Part shown: positions 26,905 through 37,228 of the stretch, in pieces
How positions within the stretch are numbered: the first letter of the stretch is position 1
How the letters are laid out: every line of letters starts with the position of its first letter
Notes under the pieces: model-generated
Seen by the model: only the letters and a program-made list of their open reading frames with translations
Database searches by the model: none
What the model was told of the DNA's origin: nothing
DNA from: Hyphomicrobiaceae bacterium
GTDB taxonomy: Bacteria > Pseudomonadota > Alphaproteobacteria > Rhizobiales > Hyphomicrobiaceae
Assembly (NCBI GenBank): GCA_023384095.1
Contig: JAHDXT010000007.1
Coordinates: 26,676-90,675, forward strand
DNA: 64,000 bases
Direction: 5' to 3'
Made by a program: the position numbers and the translations under genes

Positions 26905-27003
26905 CTACAGCTACGATCGGTCAAACCCGACATTTGAGCAGGAGGGGTACATCAAACCGCTTCACGCGGTCCGAAGTCAAACGGCAGCCCTACGGCAGGC
27001 CAT

Positions 27004-27079
<76 letters not shown>

Positions 27080-27201
27080 GCGCCACGACGGCAAAGGGGC
27101 CCTGAGGGGCCCCGGTGGCGACCGTCTAACATCCTCGCCGCCGGCTGTCCAGAGCCGGGACCGGGCCCCCCGCGCGGGGGGCGGCGGCGGCCTCAGCCCC
27201 C

Positions 27202-28245
27202 TCACAGGTCGGACGCCATCAGCAGATGGTCGCTGCCGGCGGTCCCTTCCAGCACCATGGCTGTGCCCTTGATGACGCACCGCATCGGATCGGGCGCGAG
27301 CGTGAACCCGACGCCGAGGCGGCGGCCGAGCTCGTGGTCGAGCCGGTCGAGCAGGGCGCCGCCGCCGGTGAGCTCGATCCCGCGCTCGCAGATGCCGGCG
27401 GCGATCTCGGCCGGCACGTCCTCTAGCGCCCGGCGCGCGAACTCGGCGATCTCCTCGATCGGGCCCTCGAGCGCCTCGGCGACGTGGGGGGGCCCGAGCA
27501 CGACGCTCTTCAGCCTGCCGCGGCGCAGGTCGCGGCCGCGGATGTGGATGTCGGCGTGGAGCCCGTTGGCCAGCGCGGCGGCCGTGCCCGCCTCGATCTT
27601 GATGCGCTCGGCGCTCGCCTCGCCGATGACGAGGTGATGGCGGCGGCGCACGTAGCGCATGATCGCCTCGTCCATGGCGTTGCCGGCGCAGCGCAGCGAG
27701 CGGGCCGCGACGAGCTCGCCGAAGGAGACGATGGCGATGTCGGTGGTGCCGCCGCCGATGTCGACCACCATGGCCCCGGCGGCCTCCTCGACCGGAACGC
27801 CGGCGCCGAGAAGGGCGGCGACCGGCTCGGCGATGAGCTGGACGGCGCGCGCGCCGGCATAGCGCGCGGTCTCGGTGACGGCGCGCCGCTCGACCGGGGT
27901 GGCGCCCGCCGGCACCGAGATCAGGATGCGCGGCCGGCGGAGCCCGAGCACCGAGCGGGCGCGGCGGATGAACTGCCGCAGCATGAACTCGGTGGCCACA
28001 AAATCGGCGATCACCCCGTCGCGCAAGGGGCGGATCGCCTCCAGGGGCTCGGGCGTGCGGCCGACGATCCGCCGGGCCTCCGCACCGACGGCGACCATCT
28101 CGCGCTCGCCGCCGGCGAAGCGGGCCGCGACTATCGACGGCTCGTCGATGATGATGCCGCGCCCCACCACGTGCACCAGCGTGTTCGCCGTGCCGAGGTC
28201 TATGGCGATGTCGTCCGAGAACACCCCTGTCATCTTCGGCAGCAT
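27202..28245 (-). CDS. mreB: Actin-like rod-shape protein MreB
   Basis: Colinear with MreB: IDLGTANTLV, PLRDGVIADF, VDIGGGTTDIA, GEASAERIKIEAG, ELTGGGALL. Confidence 0.9.
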   Translation of the reverse strand: MLPKMTGVFSDDIAIDLGTANTLVHVVGRGIIIDEPSIVAARFAGGEREMVAVGAEARRIVGRTPEPLEAIRPLRDGVIADFVATEFMLRQFIRRARSVLGLRRPRILISVPAGATPVERRAVTETARYAGARAVQLIAEPVAALLGAGVPVEEAAGAMVVDIGGGTTDIAIVSFGELVAARSLRCAGNAMDEAIMRYVRRRHHLVIGEASAERIKIEAGTAAALANGLHADIHIRGRDLRRGRLKSVVLGPPHVAEALEGPIEEIAEFARRALEDVPAEIAAGICERGIELTGGGALLDRLDHELGRRLGVGFTLAPDPMRCVIKGTAMVLEGTAGSDHLLMASDL

Positions 28246-28500
28246 GGGCTAGGCCTCAGCGCCCGTGATCCGCTCTCAGCCGGCGGCCGCTCGCGAGCTC
28301 GAGCCCGCGCCACTTCGGCGCTGAGGAGCGTGACCGTGCGGCGGGATCTCCAGGTCCGCGAGGAACGAACCGTGATTCGGGTGGAAGATAAGCGAATCCC
28401 GAGCTGCCGCCAACGCGCGATGACCTCCCGCGCCACAGGAGGCAGTCCCCGGACCGCGCTGGCGCTGCCCGCGCGTCCGGGGGTGACAGGGGGTCGATCC

Positions 28501-30084
<1,584 letters not shown>

Positions 30085-30201
30085 GTCGGGCAGTTCCTTC
30101 GCGGGGCCGGCGGTCAGGATGGCCGGCGATGATGACGGGGTGGGCTCGGCTCTCTGTTCCCCTGAGCGCCCGTCCCGCATCGCTGCCGGGACCGCCGAGG
30201 C

Positions 30202-30315
30202 TCAGGGGCTGCTAAGGAGCAGGTCGCGAAGGAGCGCGTGCAGACGAAAGCCTCCTGCCGGCGCGGCGTCGGCCACGTCCGTTGCTGCAGCAGGTTCACT
30301 ATCCTTCGTGGGCAT
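30202..30315 (-). promoter_or_regulatory. Candidate Leu-rich leader peptide ORF in the leuA 5' region
   Basis: 37 codons ending ...FRLHALLRDLLLSSP, with 6 Leu in the last 13 residues. The stop codon sits inside a 9-bp stem (30200-30208 pairing with 30159-30167). No clear SD or U-tract. Confidence 0.3.
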
Positions 30316-30469
30316 CGACGGTCTGCGAATCGAGGTCCGAGGGCCCGGCGCGGTGCGGGCCGTGCAAGGTGAGTAGCCAATGTGCCCCGGCATTGCAAGC
30401 CCGATTCGGGGCTTGATGCGCCGGAGCCAGGCGCGGCTAGTGTTCTGTCACTGACGCTTGATTCCTTCT

Positions 30470-30558
30470 CCGTCATGGCCGCGCAGGCGGCCATCCACGC
30501 AAGTTTCCGCATTTGAGCGGCGGCGTGTCGTGGATTCCCGCCTCCGCGGGAATGACGG
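30470..30558. repeat. Nested-hairpin intergenic repeat, copy 1
   Basis: CCGTCATGGCCGCGCAGGCGGCCATCC, variable core, GGATTCCCGCCTCCGCGGGAATGACGG. The same ends recur at 37619-37710 and 62645-62736. Confidence 0.85.
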
Positions 30559-30600
30559 TGTAGTGCAGGATAGCGAGTACCAACCGTCAGAGTCGGGGCA

Positions 30601-31512
30601 TCAGATCGTGATGCGGCCCTCGCTGACGCGCACCGCATTGCCGCCGACGCGCACGGTGTGGAGCTGGCCGCGCTCCACATCGAGGACGAGGGTGATGATG
30701 CTCGGCCGGCCCATCTCGAAGCCCTGCTCGATGACCCGCCTGTGCTGGCCGTCCGGGAGGCCGTCGAAGCGGCTGACGACGCCGGCGAAGGCAGCCGCGG
30801 CCGAACCGGTCGCCGGGTCCTCCGGCACGCCCATGTCCGGGGCGAACATACGCGCGTGAAAGGACGAGGCCGTGTGCACGGTTTCGCGGCAATAGAGGAA
30901 GACGCCGGCCTCGCCCCGGCCGGCCATCGCAGCCGCCCAATGCTGTTCGTTGACGGCGGCCCTGGCCATGGCCTGCAGCGAGGCGACGGGCACGAAGGCG
31001 AAGCTGTTGCCCGCCCCGAACCCGGTCGGGCGGTGGTTCGCGAAGCCGATCTCGGACGGCAGCAGGCCGACGGCTGCGGCGAGCCGCTCGGTCGGCGGGA
31101 GCCGGCCCGCTTCTTCCGGCAGCCTGGGGGCGTCGAGCTCGGCGAACCCGGCCTGCCCGCGCCTCAGCCGGACGCCGACGCGCACGATGCCGATCTTCTG
31201 CTCGAGGGAGACGATCGCGTCCAGGTCGCCGCCGGGATCAGCCGCCCGCAACGTGGCCATCAGGATCGCCGTGCCCACCGTCGGATGGCCGGCGAACGGG
31301 ACCTCGGCGGCCGGCGTGAAGATGCGGACCCTGGCCGTGTGCGCCGGGCTCGTCGGCTGCTGCACGAACACCGTCTCCGACAGGTTGAACTCGCGGGCGA
31401 CGGCCTGCATCGCGTCCGTCGCGAGCTGATCGGCATCGAGCACGACGGCCAGCGGATTGCCGCTGAGCGGCTTGTCGGTAAAGACGTCGAGCGTGTGGAA
31501 GGCAAGCTGCAT
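30601..31512 (-). CDS. PhzF-family isomerase-like protein
   Basis: LDVFTDKPLSGNPLAVVL, FNLSETVF, RIFTPAAEVPFAGHPTVGTA are typical of the PhzF/YddE family. Confidence 0.85.
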   Translation of the reverse strand: MQLAFHTLDVFTDKPLSGNPLAVVLDADQLATDAMQAVAREFNLSETVFVQQPTSPAHTARVRIFTPAAEVPFAGHPTVGTAILMATLRAADPGGDLDAIVSLEQKIGIVRVGVRLRRGQAGFAELDAPRLPEEAGRLPPTERLAAAVGLLPSEIGFANHRPTGFGAGNSFAFVPVASLQAMARAAVNEQHWAAAMAGRGEAGVFLYCRETVHTASSFHARMFAPDMGVPEDPATGSAAAAFAGVVSRFDGLPDGQHRRVIEQGFEMGRPSIITLVLDVERGQLHTVRVGGNAVRVSEGRITI

Positions 31513-32211
31513 CGCGGGCGCTCGTCTCAGGCCAGAATGCTACATTGGCCCAGATGCCGGCCTCTTCCAATCCCGATGTTGCCGGTTGCCTGATGCCGCC
31601 GGCGGGGGATCGGCAGTCCGCGCGCGTCACGAAGGGGCCGCAGTTGCTGGAGGCCGGCCTCGGAGCGGCCACGGCCAATTTCACATACGTTGCGGGATGT
31701 TGCAGGGAAGTTGATCAGTCCAGTCACAATTAAGCCGCTGGCCGGTCACGCTCAGCCCACGTTCGACAGACGAAATCGTTGCCACTGATCGAGTTGCCGG
31801 GCCCGGTCGGCGTCACCCGCTCCCGAGGCGTTCATCCGCTTCCGGCATTGGACAACGAGCCGCCGCCAGGGCGCCGTCGAGTGGCGCGGCGGGAGGCTCG
31901 GCAGGAGCCTGGATGCGGCAGTCTCAACGCGGCATGTCCCGCGGTCGAGGCTGTGCAGGGCTCGAAGGCTTCTGACTCGGGGCGCGGCTGCAAGGCCGTC
32001 TCCCGAGTCGGGCGGTGGGGAAACCCCGCTTCTCCGCCGCCCGGCCCTTTCCATTCGCCCGGGGTCCGCAAGGATGCGGGCGCCGTCCTCGCCGGAAGGC
32101 CTGTGCTGCCGCACCGCCACACACCTCCCTCCCCGACGCGGTGGGATGGGTCTTCCGGCGAACTCTCCTAGGGGCCCGTTGCGGGGAGCCTGCAGCGGCC
32201 GCGGCCGCCGC

Positions 32212-32475
32212 TTACAGGCAGCCGGTGATGGTCGACCCGCACTTCACGTAAGAGATCAGGTCCCAGGCGCAGCAGGGCTCTTCCTGCTTGCAGACCCAGC
32301 TTCTCTGTTCGCCCGACGGGAATTTGTAGCGGCACACCTTCTCGCCCTTACCGGCCTTGACGGTTTTCGCGGCAGACTGGGCCGGCGCCTTCGTCTTGGC
32401 GTCCTGCGCCGTCAGGGCGGACGGGACGAGCGTGACCGAAGCGGCGAGGGCAAGCGCGGCGAGCATGCGGCTCAT
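32212..32475 (-). CDS. Small secreted cysteine-rich protein (87 aa)
   Basis: Signal peptide MSRMLAALALAASVTLVPSALTA. The mature part holds 6 Cys (VCRY, WVCK, PCCAW, KCG, GCL). No family recognised. Confidence 0.5.
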   Translation of the reverse strand: MSRMLAALALAASVTLVPSALTAQDAKTKAPAQSAAKTVKAGKGEKVCRYKFPSGEQRSWVCKQEEPCCAWDLISYVKCGSTITGCL

Positions 32476-32605
32476 TGTGGGACCTCCCTGGGCGTCCTGA
32501 TGCGGGGAGCACTATGAGCAGACCGGATCGCGCCGCACCAGGACCGGGCGGCCTCACACACTGAATTTTGGACGGGATCCGGTTCGGCCGCCGGGGACAG
32601 CAGAA

Positions 32606-32626
32606 AGCCGGGCAGGGCGCCCGGCT
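32606..32626 (-). terminator. Hairpin downstream of the catalase gene
   Basis: AGCCGGGC/GCCCGGCT 8-bp stem about 30 nt after the stop at 32656. A short U-rich stretch follows on the minus strand. Confidence 0.4.
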
Positions 32627-32655
32627 CCAGATCATGTCGGTCGTGAGCGTTCCGC

Positions 32656-34164
32656 CTACTCGGCCGCCGTCTGCTGCTGCGCGGTCTTCGCGGCCTCGCG
32701 CTTCGTCATCGCCGCGACCGCCTTCCGCACGCCGGCTGCATAGTCCGGATGCACCTTCGCCAGATGGCCGAGCTGGCGCTCGACGATGTGGGCGGGGACG
32801 CCGAACATGGCGGCGGCCATGTTGGAGCAGAGCCGCCGCCTCTGGTCTGCATCGAACAGCTCGAACAGCGCCCTCGGCTGCCGGTAGTCATCGTTGCCGT
32901 CGCGGTGATCGTAGCGGTCCGCATCGCCGGCGATCTTCAGCGGCGGCTCCCTGAACCGGTCGTCCTGGGCCGCGCCGGCGAAGGAGTTCGGCTCGTAGAA
33001 AGCATCGACGTTGCCCGTCAGAGGCTCGAAGAACCGCATCGACCCGTCCTTGTGGTAGTGGTGCACCGGGCAGCGCGGCCGGTTGACGGGGAGCTGCTCG
33101 TAGTGCGTGCCGAGCCGGTAGCGGTGCGCATCGGCGTAGGAGAAGATGCGCCCCTGCAGCATCTTGTCCGGCGAGAAGCCGATGCCCGGCACGATGTTCG
33201 AGGGCGAGAAGGCGACCTGCTCGATCTCGGCGAAGTAGTTCTCAGGGTTCCGGTCGAGCTCCAGGATGCCGACGTCGATCGGCGGGTAGTCCGCGTGCGG
33301 CCAGACCTTGGTCACGTCGAACGGGTTGTACCAGTGCTTGCCGGCGTCCTCCTCCGGCATGACCTGGACCTGCATCTTCCAGCGCGGGAGCTCGCCCCGC
33401 TCGATGGCGGTGAACAGGTCCTCCTGCGTCGACTCGCGCGTGCGGCCGACAACATCGGTGGCCTCGTCATTGGTCCAGTGCTTGTGGCCCTGCAGGGTCT
33501 TGAAATGGAACTTGACCCAGAACCGCTCATTGTTGGCGCTGATGAGCGAGAACGTGTGCGAGCCGTAGCCGTTGATGTGCCGCACGGTCTGCGGCAGGCC
33601 GCGGTCCGAGAACAGGATCGTCACCTGGTGCAGGCTCTCGGGCGACAGCGACCAGAAATCCCACATCGCCGTCGGCGAGCGCAGGTTGGTCTTGGGGTGT
33701 CGCTTCTGGGTATGGATGAAGTCGGGGAACTTGTAGGGATCGCGGACGAAGAACACCGGCGTGTTGTTGCCGACGAGGTCCCAGTTGCCCTCCTCCGTAT
33801 AGAACTTGAGGGCGAAGCCGCGCACGTCGCGCTCGGCGTCCGCCGCGCCGAGCTCGCCGGCGACCGTCGAGAAGCGGGCGATCATATCGGTCCTGGCTCC
33901 CGGCTGCAGGCACTTCGCCTTGGTGTATTTCGAGATGTCGCCGGTGATGGTCAGCGTGCCGTAAGCGCCCCAGCCCTTCGCGTGCACCGGGCGTTCCGGA
34001 ATACGCTCCCGGTTCTGATGCGCCAGCTTCTCGATGAGCTGATAGTCCTGCAGCAGCACCGGGCCGCGGGCGCCCGCGGTGCTCGAGTTCTGGTTGTCGG
34101 CGACCGGCGCGCCGGCCGTCGTCGTCAGTGCCGGGCGCTTCGCTTCGCGGGGCGTCTTGGCCAT
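32656..34164 (-). CDS. Monofunctional haem catalase
   Basis: [51 protein letters not shown], and a [10 protein letters not shown] proximal Tyr region. Start at MAKTPREAK (34164). Confidence 0.92.
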   Translation of the reverse strand: MAKTPREAKRPALTTTAGAPVADNQNSSTAGARGPVLLQDYQLIEKLAHQNRERIPERPVHAKGWGAYGTLTITGDISKYTKAKCLQPGARTDMIARFSTVAGELGAADAERDVRGFALKFYTEEGNWDLVGNNTPVFFVRDPYKFPDFIHTQKRHPKTNLRSPTAMWDFWSLSPESLHQVTILFSDRGLPQTVRHINGYGSHTFSLISANNERFWVKFHFKTLQGHKHWTNDEATDVVGRTRESTQEDLFTAIERGELPRWKMQVQVMPEEDAGKHWYNPFDVTKVWPHADYPPIDVGILELDRNPENYFAEIEQVAFSPSNIVPGIGFSPDKMLQGRIFSYADAHRYRLGTHYEQLPVNRPRCPVHHYHKDGSMRFFEPLTGNVDAFYEPNSFAGAAQDDRFREPPLKIAGDADRYDHRDGNDDYRQPRALFELFDADQRRRLCSNMAAAMFGVPAHIVERQLGHLAKVHPDYAAGVRKAVAAMTKREAAKTAQQQTAAE

Positions 34165-34207
34165 GATGGCTCCTCCGTCGGTTGCTGGCTGGAGGCTGGA
34201 CTGTCGG

Positions 34208-34255
34208 TGTGATAAACGCAAATACTGCTTTTCGATCATACGATAGGATTATCTT
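34208..34255. promoter_or_regulatory. AT-rich divergent catalase/oxyR control region (possible OxyR operator)
   Basis: This is the only AT-rich stretch in the 91-bp intergenic gap. GATA/ATAC/GATC/GATA-like tetrads recur at about one helical turn. No strict match to a consensus was verified. Confidence 0.3.
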
Positions 34256-35182
34256 ATGGAATTGCCGCTCCGCCCGACGCGTCTGACCTTGCGCCAGCTC
34301 GCCTATTTCGAGGCTGTCGTCCGCCACAAGCATTTCGGCCGCGCCGCGGAGGCCTGCGCCGTCTCGCAGCCGGCGTTGTCGGTGCAGATCCAGGAGCTCG
34401 AGCGCGAGCTTGGGGTCGTGCTCGTCGAGCGCGGCCGCGGCAGCGTGGCCCTCACGCCGCAGGGCGAGTTCGTGGCCCAGCGCGCGCGCCGCATCCTCGG
34501 CGAGGTGCAGGACCTCATGGACAGCGCGCCGCGGGCAGACGCGCTGGGCGCGATCCGGCTCGGCGTCATTCCGACCATCGCGCCCTACCTGATGCCGGCG
34601 ATCCTCGGCGCGCTTGGCAGCGGGGGAGCGGCGGCGCGGATCCAGGTGCGCGAGACGCAGACGCAGCGCCTCCTGGAGGAGCTGGAGCAGGGCAGCCTCG
34701 ACCTGCTCCTGGCGGCGCTGCCGGTGTCGAGCCCGGGGATCGAGGCGCACGCGCTGTTCTGCGACCGCTTCTTCCTGGCCGTGCCGGCATCGTCCGACAT
34801 CGGACCGCGGATCGGCAGCATCGCTGCCGTCGCCCCGCATCGCCTGCTACTGCTGGAGGAGGGGCACTGCCTGCGCGACCAGGCGCTCAGCGTGTGCAGC
34901 GCAGCCGACAAGGACATGCTGGCGAGTCTCGGCGCCACCAGCCTTGCGACGCTGATCGAGCTGGTGGCGGCCGGCATGGGCGTGACGCTGCTGCCAGAGC
35001 TCTGCCTGCCGTCCGTTCACGACGACCGGCGCGTCCGTATCGTGCCGTTCCGCGGCCCGGCCCCCTTCCGCACCGTCGGCCTCGTCTGGCGCAAGTCGTC
35101 GGGGCGCAAGGCGACGTTCCGGAGATTGGGCGAGCTCATTGCGGACGCGCGCAGATCGCAGCAGCGGACGGTTGCGGCCTGA
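34256..35182 (+). CDS. oxyR: LysR-family peroxide sensor OxyR
   Basis: Divergent from the catalase gene. HTH LRQLAYFEAVVRHKHFGRAAEACAVSQPALSVQIQELE. Redox Cys context LLLLEEGHCLRDQAL. Confidence 0.85.
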   Translation: MELPLRPTRLTLRQLAYFEAVVRHKHFGRAAEACAVSQPALSVQIQELERELGVVLVERGRGSVALTPQGEFVAQRARRILGEVQDLMDSAPRADALGAIRLGVIPTIAPYLMPAILGALGSGGAAARIQVRETQTQRLLEELEQGSLDLLLAALPVSSPGIEAHALFCDRFFLAVPASSDIGPRIGSIAAVAPHRLLLLEEGHCLRDQALSVCSAADKDMLASLGATSLATLIELVAAGMGVTLLPELCLPSVHDDRRVRIVPFRGPAPFRTVGLVWRKSSGRKATFRRLGELIADARRSQQRTVAA

Positions 35183-35212
35183 CGTAACCGAATCCGCGGC
35201 CGTGCCTGCGGC

Positions 35213-37228
35213 CTAAATATCCAAATCCTTCGCGAACGCGGCGTGCTCCTGGATGAAGCGGAAGCGGGCTTCGGGCTTCGAGCCCATCAGGCTGTTGACT
35301 GCCTCGGCGATGGCGCTGCGGTCGTCCTCGCCGATCTCGACCCTGAGCAGCGTGCGCCGCGCCGGGCTCATGGTCGTCTCCTTGAGCTGCGCCGCGTTCA
35401 TCTCGCCGAGGCCCTTGAAGCGGCTGATCTCGACCTTGCCACGGCCCGAGAACACGGTGCGCAGCAACTCGTCCTTGTGCCTGTCGTCGCGGGCATAGGC
35501 CGACTGCGCGCCCTGCGTGAGCTTGTAGAGCGGCGGCACCGCCAGGAAGAGATGGCCGTTCTCGATCAGCTCCGACATCTCCTGATAGAAGAACGTGATC
35601 AGCAGCGAGGCGATGTGCGCGCCGTCGACGTCGGCGTCGGTCATCACGATCACGCGCTCGTAGCGCAGGTCCTCGTCGCGGTACTTCGACCCGGTGCCGG
35701 CGCCCAGCGCCTGGACGAGGTCCGACAGCAGCTGGTTCTGCGCCAGCTTGGCGGACGACGCGTTGGCGACGTTGAGGATCTTGCCGCGCAGCGGCAGAAC
35801 CGCCTGCCTCTCCCGCTCGCGCGCGCTCTTGGCCGAGCCGCCCGCCGAATCGCCCTCGACGATGAAGATCTCGGTGCCGGCGGCGGCCTGGATCGTGCAG
35901 TCGGCGAGCTTGCCCGGCAGGCGCAGCTTGCGCGTCGCGCTCTGCCGCCCGACCTCCTTCTCGCGCCGCCGCTTCAGGCGGTCCTCGGCCTGCTCGATGC
36001 TCCAGTCGAGCAGCTTCGTCGCCTGCGCGGGCGAGTCGGCCAGCCAGTGGTCGAACGCGTCGCGCACGGTGGTCTCGACGATGCGGGTCGCCTCCTGCGT
36101 CGCCAGCCTGTCCTTGGTCTGGCCCTGGAACTCCGGCTCGCGGATGAAGACGGAGAGCATCGCGGCCGCGGTGCCCATCACGTCCTCGGCGGTGATCTGC
36201 ACGGCGCGGCGGTTGCCGACGAGCTCGCCGTAGGCCCTGAGCCCCTTCGTCAGCGCCTGGCGCAATCCCTGCTCGTGGGTGCCCCCCTCGGGCGTCGGGA
36301 CGGTGTTGCAGTAGGAGCTGGAGAAGCCGTCCTCGTCGGCCATCCACGCGATCGACCATTCGACCGAGCCGTGGCGCCCCTCCTTCTCGACGCAGCCGGA
36401 GAACGTCTCCCTGGTGACGAGTGTGCGGCCGTCGATGGTAGCGAGCAGATAGTCCTTCAAGCCGCCCGGGAAGTGGAACACCGCCTCGGCCGGCGTGTCG
36501 TCCTTGATCAGCGAGGGATCGCACGACCATCGGATCTCGACGCCGCCGAACAGGTAGGCCTTGGAACGGGCCATGCGCATGAGCCGCGCCGGCTTGAACG
36601 CAACCCCTTTGCCGAAGATCGTCTCGTCCGGCCGGAAGCGCACTTTGGTGCCGCGCCGGTTCATGATGGAGCCGAGCTTCTCCAGCCTGCCCTCGGGCTT
36701 GCCGCGGCTGAACACCATCCTGTAAAGCTGCTGGCCGCGCGCGACCTCCACCTCCAGCGTCTCCGACAGCGCGTTGACCACGGATACGCCGACGCCGTGC
36801 AGGCCGCCCGAGGTGCTGTAGGCCTTGCCGTCGAATTTGCCGCCCGAGTGCAGCATGGTCATGATGACCTCGAGGGCGGACTTGCTCTTGTATTTCGGGT
36901 GCGGGTCGACGGGGATGCCGCGGCCGTTGTCGATCACCGTCAGGAACCCGTCGGCGTCGAGCCGGACGTCGATCCAGCTCGCATGGCCCGCCACCGCCTC
37001 GTCCATGGCGTTGTCGATGACCTCGGCGAAGAGGTGATGCAGCGCCTTCTCGTCGGTGCCGCCGACGTACATGCCCGGGCGGCGCCGCACCGGCTCGAGA
37101 CCCTCGAGGACCTCGATATCGGCGGCCGTGTAGTCGTCCGAGGCGTCGATGACCCTGCGGGCGCGCGCCGTCTTGTCGTTCATCTCTGTTTCGAGCCTTG
37201 CGAACAAATCGCGTTGGGATTGGGCCAT
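35213..37228 (-). CDS. parE: DNA topoisomerase IV subunit B
   Basis: GHKL ATPase and TOPRIM motifs (EVIDNAMDE, DNGRGIPV, LHGVG, EIFIVEGDSAGGSAK, IMTDADVDGAHI). At 671 aa it lacks the long C-terminal insert of alphaproteobacterial GyrB. Confidence 0.88.
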   Translation of the reverse strand: MAQSQRDLFARLETEMNDKTARARRVIDASDDYTAADIEVLEGLEPVRRRPGMYVGGTDEKALHHLFAEVIDNAMDEAVAGHASWIDVRLDADGFLTVIDNGRGIPVDPHPKYKSKSALEVIMTMLHSGGKFDGKAYSTSGGLHGVGVSVVNALSETLEVEVARGQQLYRMVFSRGKPEGRLEKLGSIMNRRGTKVRFRPDETIFGKGVAFKPARLMRMARSKAYLFGGVEIRWSCDPSLIKDDTPAEAVFHFPGGLKDYLLATIDGRTLVTRETFSGCVEKEGRHGSVEWSIAWMADEDGFSSSYCNTVPTPEGGTHEQGLRQALTKGLRAYGELVGNRRAVQITAEDVMGTAAAMLSVFIREPEFQGQTKDRLATQEATRIVETTVRDAFDHWLADSPAQATKLLDWSIEQAEDRLKRRREKEVGRQSATRKLRLPGKLADCTIQAAAGTEIFIVEGDSAGGSAKSARERERQAVLPLRGKILNVANASSAKLAQNQLLSDLVQALGAGTGSKYRDEDLRYERVIVMTDADVDGAHIASLLITFFYQEMSELIENGHLFLAVPPLYKLTQGAQSAYARDDRHKDELLRTVFSGRGKVEISRFKGLGEMNAAQLKETTMSPARRTLLRVEIGEDDRSAIAEAVNSLMGSKPEARFRFIQEHAAFAKDLDI

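Noticed and set aside
25497-27003. att-type direct repeat of the tRNA-Lys 3' end, and an integrase gene delimiting an island.
   Set aside because: I could find neither a second copy of the GGTTCGAGTCCTTCATCGCCCACCA segment nor any integrase-like ORF in the window. The island interpretation therefore stays inferential.
31513-32211. Possible RNase P RNA or cobalamin riboswitch in the 700-bp gap. GGAAAGGGCCGGGC, GCCACTG and AGTCAGAAGCC-like strings caught my eye.
   Set aside because: The strings do not occur in the order, spacing or strand required. There is no GAGGAAAGUCCGGGC...ACAGAACCCGGCUUA pair, and no AGGGAA...GCCACTG...B12-box series. There is also no B12-related gene downstream.
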